Assembly: GCA_963662655.2 (NCBI GenBank)
Contig: CAXXTU010000002.1
Span: 2,272,001-2,336,000, forward strand
Length of the DNA stretch: 64,000 nucleotides
Direction of reading: 5' to 3'
DNA from: Candidatus Cloacimonadales bacterium
Lineage (GTDB): Bacteria > Cloacimonadota > Cloacimonadia > Cloacimonadales > JAIOQZ01
Part shown: positions 61,814 through 64,000 of the stretch, one piece after another
Layout of the letters: each line of letters starts with the position of its first letter
Numbering within the stretch: the stretch's first letter is position 1
Made by a program: the position numbers and the translations under genes
The notes under the pieces: model-generated
Seen by the model: only the letters and a program-made list of their open reading frames with translations
What the model was told of the DNA's origin: nothing
The model's database searches: none

Positions 61814-64000
61814 ATGAAATCTATCCTTTTAGCGACCCTTTTCGTTTTTACTTTCAGTTGTGTTTTTGCCGATGGCGTACAGCCCTCGGGGGTTGGTACA
61901 GAGTCAAATCCATATCTGATTCAAACGCTCGACAATCTATTATGGCTTTGTACGAACTCTGCCGAGTGGGACAAGGTCTATCGTCTCTGGAACAATATCG
62001 ATGCGATCGGTTGTGCGAATTGGAGTCAGAGCGGTTTTATCCCAATCGGTAACGATGAAACACCTTTCACGGGGCAATTTCTCGGAAATCACCATACAAT
62101 TAGTAATCTGTACATGAGGCGTCCTGATCAGGAGGGCTGCGGGATGTTCGGAAAGACGGAGTACGCGTTGATACAAAAGCTTTTCCTGGAGAACATTGAT
62201 ATTCAAGGACAGGCGGTTGTTGGTGGATTGATCGGCGCAGCGTACCAGACAGAGGTCAGCAACTGCTATGTGTCGGGTATAATCGAAGCAACTCACCAGA
62301 GTGCAAACATGAACAGCTACGTCGGGGGTTTGATCGGTCGCACGACATCGTTTGTAAATGCGGCAACGCTTCTGTTTTGCGGTGCACATGTCGATATTAC
62401 GGCAGATGGTGACTGCGTCGGCGGTCTGACCGGAATGATGTTGGCTGGCTTCGGAGGGAATCCCGGGGGGAATAATCTTATTGCTAATTGTTTTGCCCGT
62501 GGTAGCGTAAGCGCACGGGAGAAAGTTGGCGGTCTGGTCGGGTACATGAGGGGAACCAATGGGTTCAACAGCATTCAGAAATGCTACGCTGCATCTCAGG
62601 TATCCGGCACCAGCACAACCGGCGGTCTGGTTGCACAACGTGATCTCGGTAATGTGACCAATAGTATATGGGACATTGACACATCCGGACAAACATCCAG
62701 CGACGGCGGAACAGGAAAGAGTTTCTATGAGATGCAAAACTACCTCACATACGAGGATATCGGATTTGAGTGGTATGTGGAGGATGACTATTGGGCAATG
62801 CATCCGGCCGTCAATGGCGGATACCCCTATCTTGCGACGTTGTATCCGCACAATGTCAGTTATCATCACGATCCAGCCTGTCGTCCTCCCGGATCCGGTA
62901 CTTCGGAGGATCCTTATCAGATAAGGCATGCCAACCATTTATACAGAATGAGCGTCGATCCTGCCATGTGGGATTCCCATGTCCAAATTTATAATGATAT
63001 CGACTTCTCAATCTCCGCGGAGTATCATGACGGTAAAGGTTATCTGCCAATCGGCATCAGCAGCGATCGCTTCACTGGTTATGTCCATGGTGACAACAAG
63101 ACGATATCGGGCCTCACGATCAATCGACCCGACGAGTCTGTGATCGGCTTATTCGCCTACACCAATGGTTCGACCATCGAAAACTTAAAACTCGCCGATG
63201 TCGATATCACCTCACATGGAAACGTGGGTGCTATTTCCGGGGAGGGATACAACGCCACGTTGATCAACTGCTCGGCATCGGGCAGCATAACCAGCACGGT
63301 GACCTCGGGCTATTCCTATGCCGGTGGACTGGTCGGCGTAAACAACGGCACATCTTCACACTCCTCCGAGATCGTAGATTGCTTTGCCGATATCGATATC
63401 AATGCGACGGAAGCTTACGTTGGCGGTCTGATCGGCGCGAACAAATCGGGAACGAACTACCTCGATGGTGGAAACATGCACATCTACCGTAGCGCTTCAA
63501 ACGGAGCGATGAGTGGAAGTAGCTACGTCGGCGGCATAATCGGCAAAATTGAAGTGTTGCTCCACGGCGATGTTGCAATCGATAATTGCTATGCCACGGG
63601 AGAAATCGTTGGCAGCAACAGCTCCGCAGGACTTGTCGGAGAAATCGAGACCGATGCATCCAGCACTGTCACGATCGAAAAATGTTACGCAGCCGGAAAT
63701 GTTGATTGCGGCGGCAGCTCCGGTGGACTGATCGGATACAATGATGGTGGAGATATATCCAATTCGTACTGGGATACTGAAGCGACCGGTCAGAGCTCCA
63801 GCGCCGGCGGAACCGGACTCAATACGGCGGCAATGCAGAGTTTCTTCACGTTCTACGATGCCGGATGGGACTTCATGAACGAGCCTGATAACGGAACAGA
63901 TGAGATATGGGGCATGAATAGCGCCGATAACGGCGGTTACCCATTCCTTACCTTCCAGGGATACACAAACAACTGGCCCAAACAACCCGATGGCAATGGC
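61814..64000 (+). CDS. GLUG-repeat surface protein, paralog of 53416..58233; runs off the right edge
   Basis: Hand translation MKSILLATLFVFTFSCVFADGVQPSGVGTESNPYLIQTLDNLLWL...; the last line is in the same frame (GYTNNWPKQPDGNG) and the track shows no terminated ORF from this start. Confidence 0.85.
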   Translation, partial: MKSILLATLFVFTFSCVFADGVQPSGVGTESNPYLIQTLDNLLWLCTNSAEWDKVYRLWNNIDAIGCANWSQSGFIPIGNDETPFTGQFLGNHHTISNLYMRRPDQEGCGMFGKTEYALIQKLFLENIDIQGQAVVGGLIGAAYQTEVSNCYVSGIIEATHQSANMNSYVGGLIGRTTSFVNAATLLFCGAHVDITADGDCVGGLTGMMLAGFGGNPGGNNLIANCFARGSVSAREKVGGLVGYMRGTNGFNSIQKCYAASQVSGTSTTGGLVAQRDLGNVTNSIWDIDTSGQTSSDGGTGKSFYEMQNYLTYEDIGFEWYVEDDYWAMHPAVNGGYPYLATLYPHNVSYHHDPACRPPGSGTSEDPYQIRHANHLYRMSVDPAMWDSHVQIYNDIDFSISAEYHDGKGYLPIGISSDRFTGYVHGDNKTISGLTINRPDESVIGLFAYTNGSTIENLKLADVDITSHGNVGAISGEGYNATLINCSASGSITSTVTSGYSYAGGLVGVNNGTSSHSSEIVDCFADIDINATEAYVGGLIGANKSGTNYLDGGNMHIYRSASNGAMSGSSYVGGIIGKIEVLLHGDVAIDNCYATGEIVGSNSSAGLVGEIETDASSTVTIEKCYAAGNVDCGGSSGGLIGYNDGGDISNSYWDTEATGQSSSAGGTGLNTAAMQSFFTFYDAGWDFMNEPDNGTDEIWGMNSADNGGYPFLTFQGYTNNWPKQPDGNG

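Overview
Bacterial chromosomal window. Secreted proteins ending in an 'xYPNPFNP...YFxxxxAG...KxxLLK' FlgD-Ig/T9SS-like tail, TPR-cyclase and TPR-sigma54 proteins suggest a Candidatus Cloacimonadota-like host (inference). In order: (i) 1-9.5 kb, TPR signalling genes and a HIRAN protein; (ii) clpB with a CIRCE-like operator, a methyltransferase and secreted proteins; (iii) a two-component/sigma54 system, glutamate dehydrogenase and two PPDK_N-only proteins; (iv) an AT-rich ~13 kb island (27.3-40.4 kb) holding a five-gene operon (SIR2-like, SAMHD1-like HD, unknown, IrrE/ImmA-like peptidase, 1652-aa membrane RCK/ACT protein) convergent with a Cap15-like effector + SDR pair, which is the best candidate for an undescribed defence system; (v) a type I-E CRISPR-Cas locus with no cas3 but a Cas5-HNH fusion, cas1/cas2 and a 16-repeat array with no visible leader; (vi) GLUG-repeat and FG-GAP surface proteins, one broken by an in-frame TAA. 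A ~125-nt hairpin element with compensatory changes recurs four times in intergenic DNA. All calls come from motif reading by eye; no database searches were run.
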